Assembly (NCBI GenBank): GCA_009773155.1
Contig: WOVA01000016.1
Span: 25,507 to 89,506 of the forward strand
Length of the DNA stretch: 64,000 bases
Direction of reading: 5' to 3'
Source: Elusimicrobiota bacterium
GTDB lineage: Bacteria; Elusimicrobiota; Elusimicrobia; Elusimicrobiales; UBA9959
A model generated the notes under the pieces. The model ran no database searches. It saw nothing but the letters and a program-made list of their open reading frames with translations, and was not told the DNA's origin. Made by a program: the position numbers and the translations under genes. This document shows, one piece after another, positions 20,557 through 29,681 of the stretch. Each line of letters starts with the position of its first letter. The first letter of the stretch is position 1.

Positions 20557-21654
20557 ATGAGAAAAAAACGCTCTCTCGGGCTGGAGCTTTCGGCCAGGGG
20601 CTCCCTGGAGGCCACGCTGCGCGCGGCCAGGATGATGGCGGCCGGCGAGGACGAGTTCCTGGCGCTGGAGCGGGCGGTGGAAGAGGACCCTCTTTTTAAA
20701 AAGCTGGTACGCCCGCCGGGCGGCGCGTCGCCGGCCGTGCGGCGCCGCAGGCCGGGCGGGGTGAATTTCGCCTGGAACCGCGCCCTGGGCCAGGACATGC
20801 TCGTCGAACCGGGGGAAGTCCCCGCCGGCGGCATGCTGGAAGGGCGCGAGGCCGCCCTGGCCCTTATAAAACGCATTGGCGCCGGGAATTTCGAGAGGTA
20901 TTTTCTTTCAGACGAGCCTGTACCGGCCGGGCGCAGTGCTTCCGGCACCGACAGCGGCGAAAGCCGCCCTGATCCGTCCGCGGAGGCCGCCGCGGCCTGC
21001 GGGCTCGCCCCGGCGGAGTTCGCCGAAGTCAGGGCTTTCACCGCCTCTTTCCTGGCGGCTCATGAGCGGCTGCAGCTGAAGCCCGTCGACCGCCCTTTCG
21101 CCGCCGTGGCGGCCGTCGCCGCCGGGCCGCGCGGCCCGGAACTTTCCTATCTTTCCTCGCGCTACGCGCGCGGGACCTACGACGTGGACCTGGCCGCCCT
21201 GCGCGGGCTGGGGGCCTCGGGCCTGATCTCCTCCGACGAAAAGCGCCGCCTCCGGCCGCTGCTGGCCGCCCTGCGGTCGCTCAACAGCAAGAAGCGCGGG
21301 CTGACGCTGCTGCTGCCGGCCCTGGCCGAGCGCCAGGCCGATTTCCTGCTGGGCCGCATCCCGTCGCCCAGGCCGCTGTCGATGACGGCCCTGGCCGCCG
21401 ACCTGGGCCTGAGCGCGGGCAGCGTCTCGCGGCTCGCCGCCGGGCGCAGCCTGCTCCTTCCCTCCGGTGAGGAAATAACCATACGCTCCCTGTTCCCGGG
21501 CAAGGGCTCCCGCTCGATTGACAGGATAAGGGATATATTGATACAAAAAGGCGGGGATAAACTGACCGACGACGAGGTCGCCGCCCGGCTGCGCGGGAAA
21601 TACGGGCTCAAACTCTCCCGACGCACGGTCAACCATTACAGGGGACGTATCTGA
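20557..21654 (+). CDS. rpoN: Short, divergent RNA polymerase sigma-54-like factor
   Basis: Region-I-like N-terminus (LGLELS...LEATL...DEFLALERAVEEDPLF). C-terminal HTH (PLSMTALAADLGLSAGSVSRLAAGR) and an RpoN-box-like LSRRTVNHYRGRI. At 365 aa it is shorter than typical RpoN. Confidence 0.68.
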   Translation: MRKKRSLGLELSARGSLEATLRAARMMAAGEDEFLALERAVEEDPLFKKLVRPPGGASPAVRRRRPGGVNFAWNRALGQDMLVEPGEVPAGGMLEGREAALALIKRIGAGNFERYFLSDEPVPAGRSASGTDSGESRPDPSAEAAAACGLAPAEFAEVRAFTASFLAAHERLQLKPVDRPFAAVAAVAAGPRGPELSYLSSRYARGTYDVDLAALRGLGASGLISSDEKRRLRPLLAALRSLNSKKRGLTLLLPALAERQADFLLGRIPSPRPLSMTALAADLGLSAGSVSRLAAGRSLLLPSGEEITIRSLFPGKGSRSIDRIRDILIQKGGDKLTDDEVAARLRGKYGLKLSRRTVNHYRGRI

Positions 21655-22751
21655 AAAAACAGGAATCACAATCGCAAGCGCTGCAGCACAGCCTTTTCCG
21701 GTCGGTCTTCAACGAGTCGACCGAGAGGTTCCTGGTGCTCGACGCCGCCGGCGTCATCCGGCTGGCCAATGACAGCGCCCTGGAGCTGCTCGGCTATAAA
21801 GAAAGCGAAGTGGTCGGCCAGGGCGTCGCGAAGCTGGTGCTGGAGAAGGACGCGGCCGAGCTGGAAGGCTTCCTGAAAGCCGTATCCGAAAGCGGCGAGC
21901 TGCGCAACTATAAATTCTACTTCCTCACCTCGCGCCAGAGCATCATCCGCCTCTTCATCAGCATAAAGGCCCTGAGGGACGAGGACGGGAAGCTCGAGGG
22001 CTTCAGGCTGGCCCTCTCGCTGGTCTATCCCGACGAGTGGGCGGCCCTGCGCGACCCGCATTTTTTCCAGGGCGTCGCCAGGAAGCTCGGCCGCCTGACC
22101 TCCGTGGGCCAGCTCACGTCCATCTTCGCCCATGATATCAAGAACCCGCTGCACGTGATACTTTCCACCTCCGAACTGATGCTCTCCTCCGGCGAGCTGC
22201 CGGCGGAATCCCGCGAGAGCCTGGAACTCATCGAGCGCAACGCCCAGCGCGCCTCGCGCATAGTCAAGACCCTGCTCGATTTTTCGCGCAGCGGCATCTG
22301 CCAGCTGCGCCCCTGCTCGGTTAACGATATCGCCGAGCATTGCATCGGGCTTCTCGCCAGCTCGCTGAAGACCTCCAGGATCTCGGTCAAGAAGGAACTC
22401 GGACAGGCGCCCAAGGTGTTCCTGGACCCGCATTACCTCAACAGCGTGGTCTACAATCTGCTCAACAACGCGGCCGAGGCCCTCGGCCCCGACGGGGGCG
22501 AGATAGTCGTCGCCTCCGGCGAGAACACGCCGGGGGAAGCCTTCCTGCGCATAACGGACAATGGCCGCGGCATGGAGCCCGGCGTCCTCTCGTCGGTATT
22601 TCAGCCCTTTTTCACCACCAAGGAGAACGGCACCGGGCTGGGGCTGTACCTGGCCAGGCAGGTCATGAACGAACACAGCGGCCGCATCACGCTCGACTCC
22701 AGGCCCGGCAAAGGCACGTCGGTGACGCTCTTCTTCACCAAGCTGGCCTGA
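21651..22751 (+). CDS. PAS-domain sensor histidine kinase (start uncertain)
   Basis: PAS (LFRSVFNESTERFLVLDAAGVIRLAN), H-box SIFAHDIKNPL, and ATPase N/G boxes (NLLNNAAEA, DNGRGM, GTGLGL). PAS residues extend upstream of the first GTG (21735). The only in-frame candidates are CTG 21651 and CTG 21681. Confidence 0.85.
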   Translation: MKKQESQSQALQHSLFRSVFNESTERFLVLDAAGVIRLANDSALELLGYKESEVVGQGVAKLVLEKDAAELEGFLKAVSESGELRNYKFYFLTSRQSIIRLFISIKALRDEDGKLEGFRLALSLVYPDEWAALRDPHFFQGVARKLGRLTSVGQLTSIFAHDIKNPLHVILSTSELMLSSGELPAESRESLELIERNAQRASRIVKTLLDFSRSGICQLRPCSVNDIAEHCIGLLASSLKTSRISVKKELGQAPKVFLDPHYLNSVVYNLLNNAAEALGPDGGEIVVASGENTPGEAFLRITDNGRGMEPGVLSSVFQPFFTTKENGTGLGLYLARQVMNEHSGRITLDSRPGKGTSVTLFFTKLA

Positions 22752-22772
22752 GCCCCGCCCCCCCATACATCC

Positions 22773-24141
<1,369 letters not shown>

Positions 24142-24146
<5 letters not shown>

Positions 24147-24202
24147 ATTTTTTTCTACAAAATATTGTAGAATAAAATCTACAATGTGGAATAAAGTCTA
24201 CA
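24142..24202 (+). promoter_or_regulatory. Putative enhancer (UAS): three TGTAGA-N6-TCTACA palindromes
   Basis: TGTAGA 24142 / TCTACA 24154 / TGTAGA 24166 / TCTACA 24178 lie on a 12-bp lattice, plus TGTGGA 24185 / TCTACA 24197. The array sits about 80-140 bp upstream of the sigma-54 promoter and starts at the activator stop codon. Confidence 0.6.
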
Positions 24203-24249
24203 CTCACCCTTGTAACAAGTTTTTCACAGTCCCAACAGGAAGCGAAAAT

Positions 24250-24277
24250 ATCCCGTCCGTCAGGCGGGATTTTTTAT
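24250..24277 (+). terminator. Rho-independent terminator after the activator gene
   Basis: The hairpin tcccgtcc-gtca-ggcggga is followed by TTTTTT. Confidence 0.65.
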
Positions 24278-24278
24278 T

Positions 24279-24293
24279 TGGCAACTTTGTTGC
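24279..24293 (+). promoter_or_regulatory. Sigma-54 (-24/-12) promoter
   Basis: TGGCAACTTTGTTGC fits TGGCAC-N5-TTGC with GG and GC correctly spaced. It lies about 75 nt upstream of ATG 24369, which has a GGAGG RBS. Confidence 0.75.
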
Positions 24294-24368
24294 TACTACT
24301 TTTTTCGGGGAACATCGATTTTTCGGTCATCGCTTGACTGGTTTTAATAGTTAGTGGAGGAATAGCTT

Positions 24369-25787
24369 ATGAAACGGATCATTAATCTCCTGACGGCCGC
24401 GGCCCTCTCTTCGCTCCTGTCCCTGCCCGCCTACGCCGCCCCGCTGCTGATAAACTACCAGGGCCGGCTGATAGACACCGCCGGGAACCCGCTGATCGTA
24501 ACAAACCAGCCCATAACTTTCAGGATCTACGACGCTCTTACGGGCGGCAATCTCCAATGGACCGAGAACCAGAGCATAACTCCGGACAACGGCATCTTCA
24601 ATGTCTCGCTCGGAAGCGTCAGCTCTCTCCCCGCCCCGGTCTTTTCCTCCGACGACCGGTACCTCGAGGTCCAGATCGGCGCCGACTCCCCGCTTTCGCC
24701 GCGCACCCGGCTACTCTCCGTTCCCTACGCCGTTTACGCCGCCAATATAGGATCTCCTTCCAGTTCCATCAATGTTTCCACTCATATGGTCCTTTCCGGC
24801 GGCCAGCTCCGCTTCGGTAATTTTGCCTCCGCTCCCTCGGTCGCCGTCGGCGCCGGCGCGATGTATTATAACACCACCAATAACCAGCTCTATTACCACA
24901 ACGGCACGGCCTGGACAGCCCTGGCGGCCGGCGGCATCAGCCCGCTGACCGACAACGGTGACGGCACCGTTACCCTAAACGTGCCTGCCAACAGGGTCGG
25001 CCTTGGAAAAGCGCCCGCCGAAAAGTTGGACGTGGCCGGTAATATCAAGGCCGATTACGGCCTTATATCCGCGACCGCCGCGGTCAGCGGCGCGGTCTAT
25101 GTGGGCTCCGGCGCGAACATCAGCACGATAACGCCGACGGGATTCTTCGGCAGCGGCGCGGGGCTGCTTAACGTGCCGGTGGGCGACAATACGGTGACGT
25201 CGGCCAAGATAGTGGACGACAGCATAATGAACGCCGACATCAACGCGTCGGCCGCGATAGCCAAGAGCAAGCTGGCGGCTTTGAATATAGTGAACGCGGA
25301 CGTGGACGCGGCGGCCGCGATAGCCCCGTCGAAGATAGCGGGCACGGCGGCCATACTGGGCGCGAATACGTTTACCGGCGCGCAGACGTACGCCGCCGGT
25401 TCGTCGCTGGCGGCGGCGGCCGCACAGCCTGGCGTGGCGGTGTCGACGGCGGTCTTCATCGGCACGGGCGCGAACATCAGCACGATAACGCCGACGGGAT
25501 TCTTCGGCAATACAATACACGCTTCCAGCGCCACGCTGACGGGTGACGCGGAAGTCCGCGGCTTGATTAAGGCCGGCTCCACCCCGGCGGCCATAACCGA
25601 TGTCTCCGGCAATGTCTTGGCCTCCAAACTGATCGGGGCAATACCACAAGCTGTCACTGTGTTCGTCTCCGCTGATTGTGAGGCTTTAACCCCAGGGACT
25701 GTGGCACAGTTCTGCTATAACAGCACTTCGTTTATTCTTAATGTTTCGACTAGCACGAATCTCGGAGGCTTTGCTCCGTTGCATTAG
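24369..25787 (+). CDS. Secreted fibre/adhesin-like repeat protein (uncharacterised)
   Basis: Signal peptide MKRIINLLTAAALSSLLSLPAYA. The protein is Ala/Gly/Ser/Thr/Asn-rich with no TM. It has the motifs INYQGRL and MYYNTTNNQLYYHNGTAWTAL and the internal repeat G.GANISTITPTGFFG. Confidence 0.7.
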   Translation: MKRIINLLTAAALSSLLSLPAYAAPLLINYQGRLIDTAGNPLIVTNQPITFRIYDALTGGNLQWTENQSITPDNGIFNVSLGSVSSLPAPVFSSDDRYLEVQIGADSPLSPRTRLLSVPYAVYAANIGSPSSSINVSTHMVLSGGQLRFGNFASAPSVAVGAGAMYYNTTNNQLYYHNGTAWTALAAGGISPLTDNGDGTVTLNVPANRVGLGKAPAEKLDVAGNIKADYGLISATAAVSGAVYVGSGANISTITPTGFFGSGAGLLNVPVGDNTVTSAKIVDDSIMNADINASAAIAKSKLAALNIVNADVDAAAAIAPSKIAGTAAILGANTFTGAQTYAAGSSLAAAAAQPGVAVSTAVFIGTGANISTITPTGFFGNTIHASSATLTGDAEVRGLIKAGSTPAAITDVSGNVLASKLIGAIPQAVTVFVSADCEALTPGTVAQFCYNSTSFILNVSTSTNLGGFAPLH

Positions 25788-25819
25788 TGATAGACCTAAG
25801 CATCCCTCGCCGGCTAATT

Positions 25820-28003
25820 ATGGGCTACAAAAAAGGCGGCATGATACTATTGACTTTCCTTGTCGGCGGCTTGTTCGCCGTCCAGGGGGTTTCTTTTGCC
25901 GCTAACACCCTGGAGACGCGGGCGGTCACGGGCGGGCTGGGGATCTCGTCGGGCACGGCGAAGATACTTGAGTCGGTGATAGGCGAGCTCTCCGGGCCGG
26001 CGCCGACGGGGTCCGTGCGCAAGGTCCTCTCGGGTCACGCCCGGACCAGCCACAGCCCGGGCGCGCTCTACGACATCGCGGTGACCACGCAGCCGGTGGA
26101 CGAAGGGCAGGTGCGGATAACCTTCACCACGCCCGGCCGCGCCGGCTTCCGCGGGCAGCTTTCCTTCGTGGAAGTCAAGATAGCCACCTACGCCATCACC
26201 GCGGCTAATTACGAGGCGATAACTTCGTCGCTGACGCTGACGGCGCTGAGCACCGGCACGGCGGGTCTGACCACTTATTATCACCTGGTCCCCGGGCCGA
26301 CCTATTACGCCGCCGGGCGCGCCCGCGACGCGGCGGGCATGAAGAGCCGCCTCTCGCCGACGCCGACGTTCCTGACCTCGGCCATAGCGCCGGCCCCGGT
26401 CACCTCCATTACTATCGTCAACTCAACCTACGGCGCCGTTAATATCACCTGGAACGTGACCGGCGACGACGGTTTGATCGGCGACCTGACCACCGGCTAT
26501 TTCCGCATAGCTTATTCCAGCGTGCCGGCGGAAGCGGCCCTTTTCAGTTCCGCCAATTACACCACCCAGCTTTCCACCAGCGCGCTGGCCGGCTCCACCC
26601 AGTATCACCGGCTCTCCGGCCTGCAGGGTAATGTGACCTATTACGCCGCCGTCTTCATCGGCGACGAGGTGACCGTCTACGGCGGACTCGGGACCATCGC
26701 GCAGGTTGTCACGATGGCTTATCCGCCGATCCAGTCCGGCTTCTCAAATCTTTCCAGCGACGGGTTCACGGTCAGTTATACGGCCAACAACTACCCCGGC
26801 GCGCAGTACTATATCCAGACGTCCAGCGACCCCGCTTTCTCCTATGCCACGAATTCCGGCTGGATCACGACAAGCTCGGCGTCCTTCTCCGGGCTCAACA
26901 CCAACCAGACTTACTATGTGCGCGGCAAGGCGCGCAATTCGCAACTGGTGGAAACCCAGTATGCGGACCTCGGCAGCGTCTCGCTGACACTCAACGTTTC
27001 AAAGCCCAAGCCGCCGCCCCTGAAGGGGGAGGCCTCCGGCTCCACCATAATCCTTTCCTGGGACCAGGTGGTCTACAACATAGCCGGCGGCACTACCACC
27101 ATAGCCGCGTACGACATCTACTACAGCACCGGGGTCAACGGGGCGGAGAATTTCATCGAGGCCGTCTCCAGCTCGGTGTTCACCAGGACTTACACGCCTC
27201 CCGCGGCGCGCTGGTACTATGTGAAGGCGCGCGACCAGTACAGCCTGCGCAGCGATCCGTCCATATGGGTGAAGAGTACGCTCGACGTGGCGCGCGTGGT
27301 GGCCGCCGACCTCCGCGCCGTGGCGGATATGCCGCCGGACGCGGGCTACCAACTCGCCGCCTCCGGCCTTACGCTGCGGATATCCCACCAGAGCCAGTAC
27401 GAGACCGGGCTTGTGCAGGCCTCGTATAAGGTCTCGCTGCTCGACAATAACGGCAACGAGCGCGTGGGCCTGGACCTGCCGTCCGCGGCCGTCGTGACTA
27501 TGCCCACCACCCGGACCGGCGCCGTGACCATAACCGGCTACTCGCCGTCGATCTCCTATTCCGTCTACGATTACGCCGTCTTCTACTACAACGGCGTGGA
27601 GGACGTGAACATCGGCGGCGCGGTGGACCCGAACTCCGGCACCGTCAGCGTCTCCACAAAGAAGACGGGCGTCTTCAAGGTAAAGCAGGTTATAAGGCCT
27701 TCCTCCTTCAGGATAACCCAGACCGTGCCGCGCAAGATCTTCACGCCCAACGGCGACGGGATCTGGGACGAGTTCAACATCGTCTACGACAACCCGGAGG
27801 GGCTCTCCATCTCCGACGCCAAGGTTTATGACCTCTCCGGGGCCGAAGTGGCGTCGCTGCGCGCCGGCACCTATAATACCAGCGCCTCGCTGTCGTGGGA
27901 CGGCCGGCGGAAGGGCGGCGACAAGGCGGCGGCCGGCATCTATGTCTACCAGTTTAAGGCCGGGTCAAAGTACCATAACGGCACGATGGTGCTGGCGCGG
28001 TGA
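25820..28003 (+). CDS. Large secreted FN3/Ig-like repeat protein with T9SS-type-B-like (gliding-motility C-terminal) domain
   Basis: Signal/TM segment MILLTFLVGGLFAVQGVSFA and repeated beta-rich modules (..YY.RGKARN.., WYYVKARD). The C-terminal IFTPNGDGIWDEFNIVY...GIYVYQFKAG resembles the PNGDG.ND C-terminal sorting domain. Start ATG 25820 is preferred over GTG 25787. Confidence 0.75.
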   Translation: MGYKKGGMILLTFLVGGLFAVQGVSFAANTLETRAVTGGLGISSGTAKILESVIGELSGPAPTGSVRKVLSGHARTSHSPGALYDIAVTTQPVDEGQVRITFTTPGRAGFRGQLSFVEVKIATYAITAANYEAITSSLTLTALSTGTAGLTTYYHLVPGPTYYAAGRARDAAGMKSRLSPTPTFLTSAIAPAPVTSITIVNSTYGAVNITWNVTGDDGLIGDLTTGYFRIAYSSVPAEAALFSSANYTTQLSTSALAGSTQYHRLSGLQGNVTYYAAVFIGDEVTVYGGLGTIAQVVTMAYPPIQSGFSNLSSDGFTVSYTANNYPGAQYYIQTSSDPAFSYATNSGWITTSSASFSGLNTNQTYYVRGKARNSQLVETQYADLGSVSLTLNVSKPKPPPLKGEASGSTIILSWDQVVYNIAGGTTTIAAYDIYYSTGVNGAENFIEAVSSSVFTRTYTPPAARWYYVKARDQYSLRSDPSIWVKSTLDVARVVAADLRAVADMPPDAGYQLAASGLTLRISHQSQYETGLVQASYKVSLLDNNGNERVGLDLPSAAVVTMPTTRTGAVTITGYSPSISYSVYDYAVFYYNGVEDVNIGGAVDPNSGTVSVSTKKTGVFKVKQVIRPSSFRITQTVPRKIFTPNGDGIWDEFNIVYDNPEGLSISDAKVYDLSGAEVASLRAGTYNTSASLSWDGRRKGGDKAAAGIYVYQFKAGSKYHNGTMVLAR

Positions 28004-29109
28004 GCGGAGATATTATGGAAAGGGACGAAAATAAAGTTTCTCTCCTCGCGGCCGCGGCGGCGCTGCTCTTTCTCTCCGCCGCCTCAGCGCGCGCCTCGTT
28101 CACCGATTCGGGTTACGCGGCCCGCCAGGCCGCGATGGGCCAGGCTTTCACCGCCATCGCCGACGACTCCGGCTCGGTGCCCGCCAATCCAGCGGGGCTC
28201 GTGAATCTCTCCGGTCCCGAGCTCACCGCCGTCTACGGCAAGCTCTACCAGGGCCTCTCCGACAATTCCGACATCGGCCGCGGCTATTTCGGCTTCGCTT
28301 CTCCGGTGAAGCGCTGGCTGCCCGGCGCCGCGGCTTTCAGCTGGGACGAGACCCGCCTGACGGAAGCCTACGCCGAAACCTCCTTCTCGGTCTCCTACGC
28401 CACCCGCGCCTGGCGCGGCCTGGCGACCGGCCTGACGCTCAAATACCTGCGCAAGGGCTACGAATCCGATTCTTACACGGCGGTTGACCCGCTTTTCAGC
28501 GGCGGCTACTCCAAGGCCGCCCTGGGCGTAGACCTCGGCGCGCATTACCGGCTCTCGCCGAAATATACGTTCGGCCTGCTGCTGCGCAATATCAACCGCC
28601 CCGACCTGGGCATAGGCGGGAAGGACGCGCTGCCGGCGCAGGGCAGGCTCGGCGCGGCCTACTGGCTGCGCAACGGCGTGGTCAGCCTGGACGCCGGCTT
28701 CGGCGAGGATTTCGAGCTGGCCCTGGGCGCCGAATACGTCCTTCACCACAAGTACCCGCTGCGCCTGGGGCTCAACGTAAACGACGACGCGCGCCGCAAC
28801 GTGAGCTTCGGCCTCGGCGCCAGGATGGCCTCTTTCGGCCTCGATTATTCCTTCACCCTGCCGATAGGCGGCGTGCAGGACATCTCGGGCTCGCACCTGC
28901 TGGCTTTCTCCATGCGCTTCGGCCGGGCCGACGCCGGCTTCTACGCGGCGCAGGCCGATCCCGCCGCCGCGGCCCAGCTGCGGGACGCGCTCGCGGCCCT
29001 CAAGGCCGCCGAGCAGCGCGAGCGCGATCGCGAGCGGGAGATCCTGGACCTGGAGCGCCGGCTGCTGGAGAAGCAGCGCGCTGTCGGCGGGCCGGCGCCC
29101 TCCCGATGA
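28000..29109 (+). CDS. Outer-membrane beta-barrel protein (PorV/PorQ- or PorP/SprF-like), C-terminal coiled coil truncated by a frame change
   Basis: Signal peptide LLFLSAASARA. The motif AAMGQAFTAIADDSGSVPANPAGL resembles that family. Alternating beta-strand pattern ending ...GSHLLAFSMRF, then a coiled coil (EQRERDREREILDLERRLLEKQ), with the stop at 29107-29109. Confidence 0.7.
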   Translation: MSGDIMERDENKVSLLAAAAALLFLSAASARASFTDSGYAARQAAMGQAFTAIADDSGSVPANPAGLVNLSGPELTAVYGKLYQGLSDNSDIGRGYFGFASPVKRWLPGAAAFSWDETRLTEAYAETSFSVSYATRAWRGLATGLTLKYLRKGYESDSYTAVDPLFSGGYSKAALGVDLGAHYRLSPKYTFGLLLRNINRPDLGIGGKDALPAQGRLGAAYWLRNGVVSLDAGFGEDFELALGAEYVLHHKYPLRLGLNVNDDARRNVSFGLGARMASFGLDYSFTLPIGGVQDISGSHLLAFSMRFGRADAGFYAAQADPAAAAQLRDALAALKAAEQRERDREREILDLERRLLEKQRAVGGPAPSR

Positions 29110-29485
29110 ACCCAAAGTTATTATCCCGTCGACCGAAGTCCCCGGCGAATCCATACGCGCGCTCGAGGAGACCCTGAACGCGCTCAAGGGCGAACTGGAG
29201 AAGGCCAGGCTCGAGAGCGAATCCTTCAAGACCCGCGTCAGCGGCCTCGAGGAGCGGCTTAAGACCGCGCCCAGGCCCTCGGCGCCTGCCGTCAGGCCCG
29301 CGGCCCCGGCCCCCGCGCCGGCGGCCAGGCGTTCCTACGAGGCGCAGAAAGGCGATACGCTGCAGAGCGTCGCCGAGAAAGTCTACGGCGACGCCTCGCG
29401 CTGGCCGGAGATCTACAGGGCCAACGCCGCGTCGCTCGGCCGCGGCGGAGAAGTGAAGCCCGGCCAGGTCCTGGTCATCCCCTGA
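29108..29485 (+). CDS. Coiled-coil + LysM domain reading frame without a start codon (probable frameshifted 3-prime part of the preceding gene)
   Basis: The +1 frame is open from 28868 to TGA 29483-29485 and encodes ...IRALEETLNALKGELEKARLESESFKTRVSGLEERL...YEAQKGDTLQSVAEKVYGDASRWPEIYRANAASLGRGGEVKPGQVLVIP (LysM). No in-frame ATG, GTG or TTG occurs before the domain. Confidence 0.6.
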   Translation, partial: EPKVIIPSTEVPGESIRALEETLNALKGELEKARLESESFKTRVSGLEERLKTAPRPSAPAVRPAAPAPAPAARRSYEAQKGDTLQSVAEKVYGDASRWPEIYRANAASLGRGGEVKPGQVLVIP

Positions 29486-29619
29486 CCGGGACCGAGGCCG
29501 GCGCTTTATCAGGGATTTCCCTTTTTAGTAACATTTGCGAAACACGCCGGGTGTAAATTATAGGCGCCGGTACTCCGCCCCGCCGGCGGCAAGGACGGGG
29601 CAGGTGCGGAAGAAAGCAA

Positions 29620-29642
29620 GGACACCATGCGGAATGGTGTCC
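29620..29642. repeat. GGACACC-family palindrome copy upstream of the giant coiled-coil gene
   Basis: ggacaccat-gcgga-atggtgtcc, about 40 nt before ATG 29682. Confidence 0.75.
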
Positions 29643-29681
29643 CCACCCGGCGGAACGATGTTTTTTTTACGGACTTTAACT

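Noticed and set aside
24369-29109. Calling the locus a type IX secretion system.
   Set aside because: Only a CTD-like cargo domain and one PorV/PorP-like barrel are visible. No core T9SS machinery genes are in the window, so the label would be over-interpretation.
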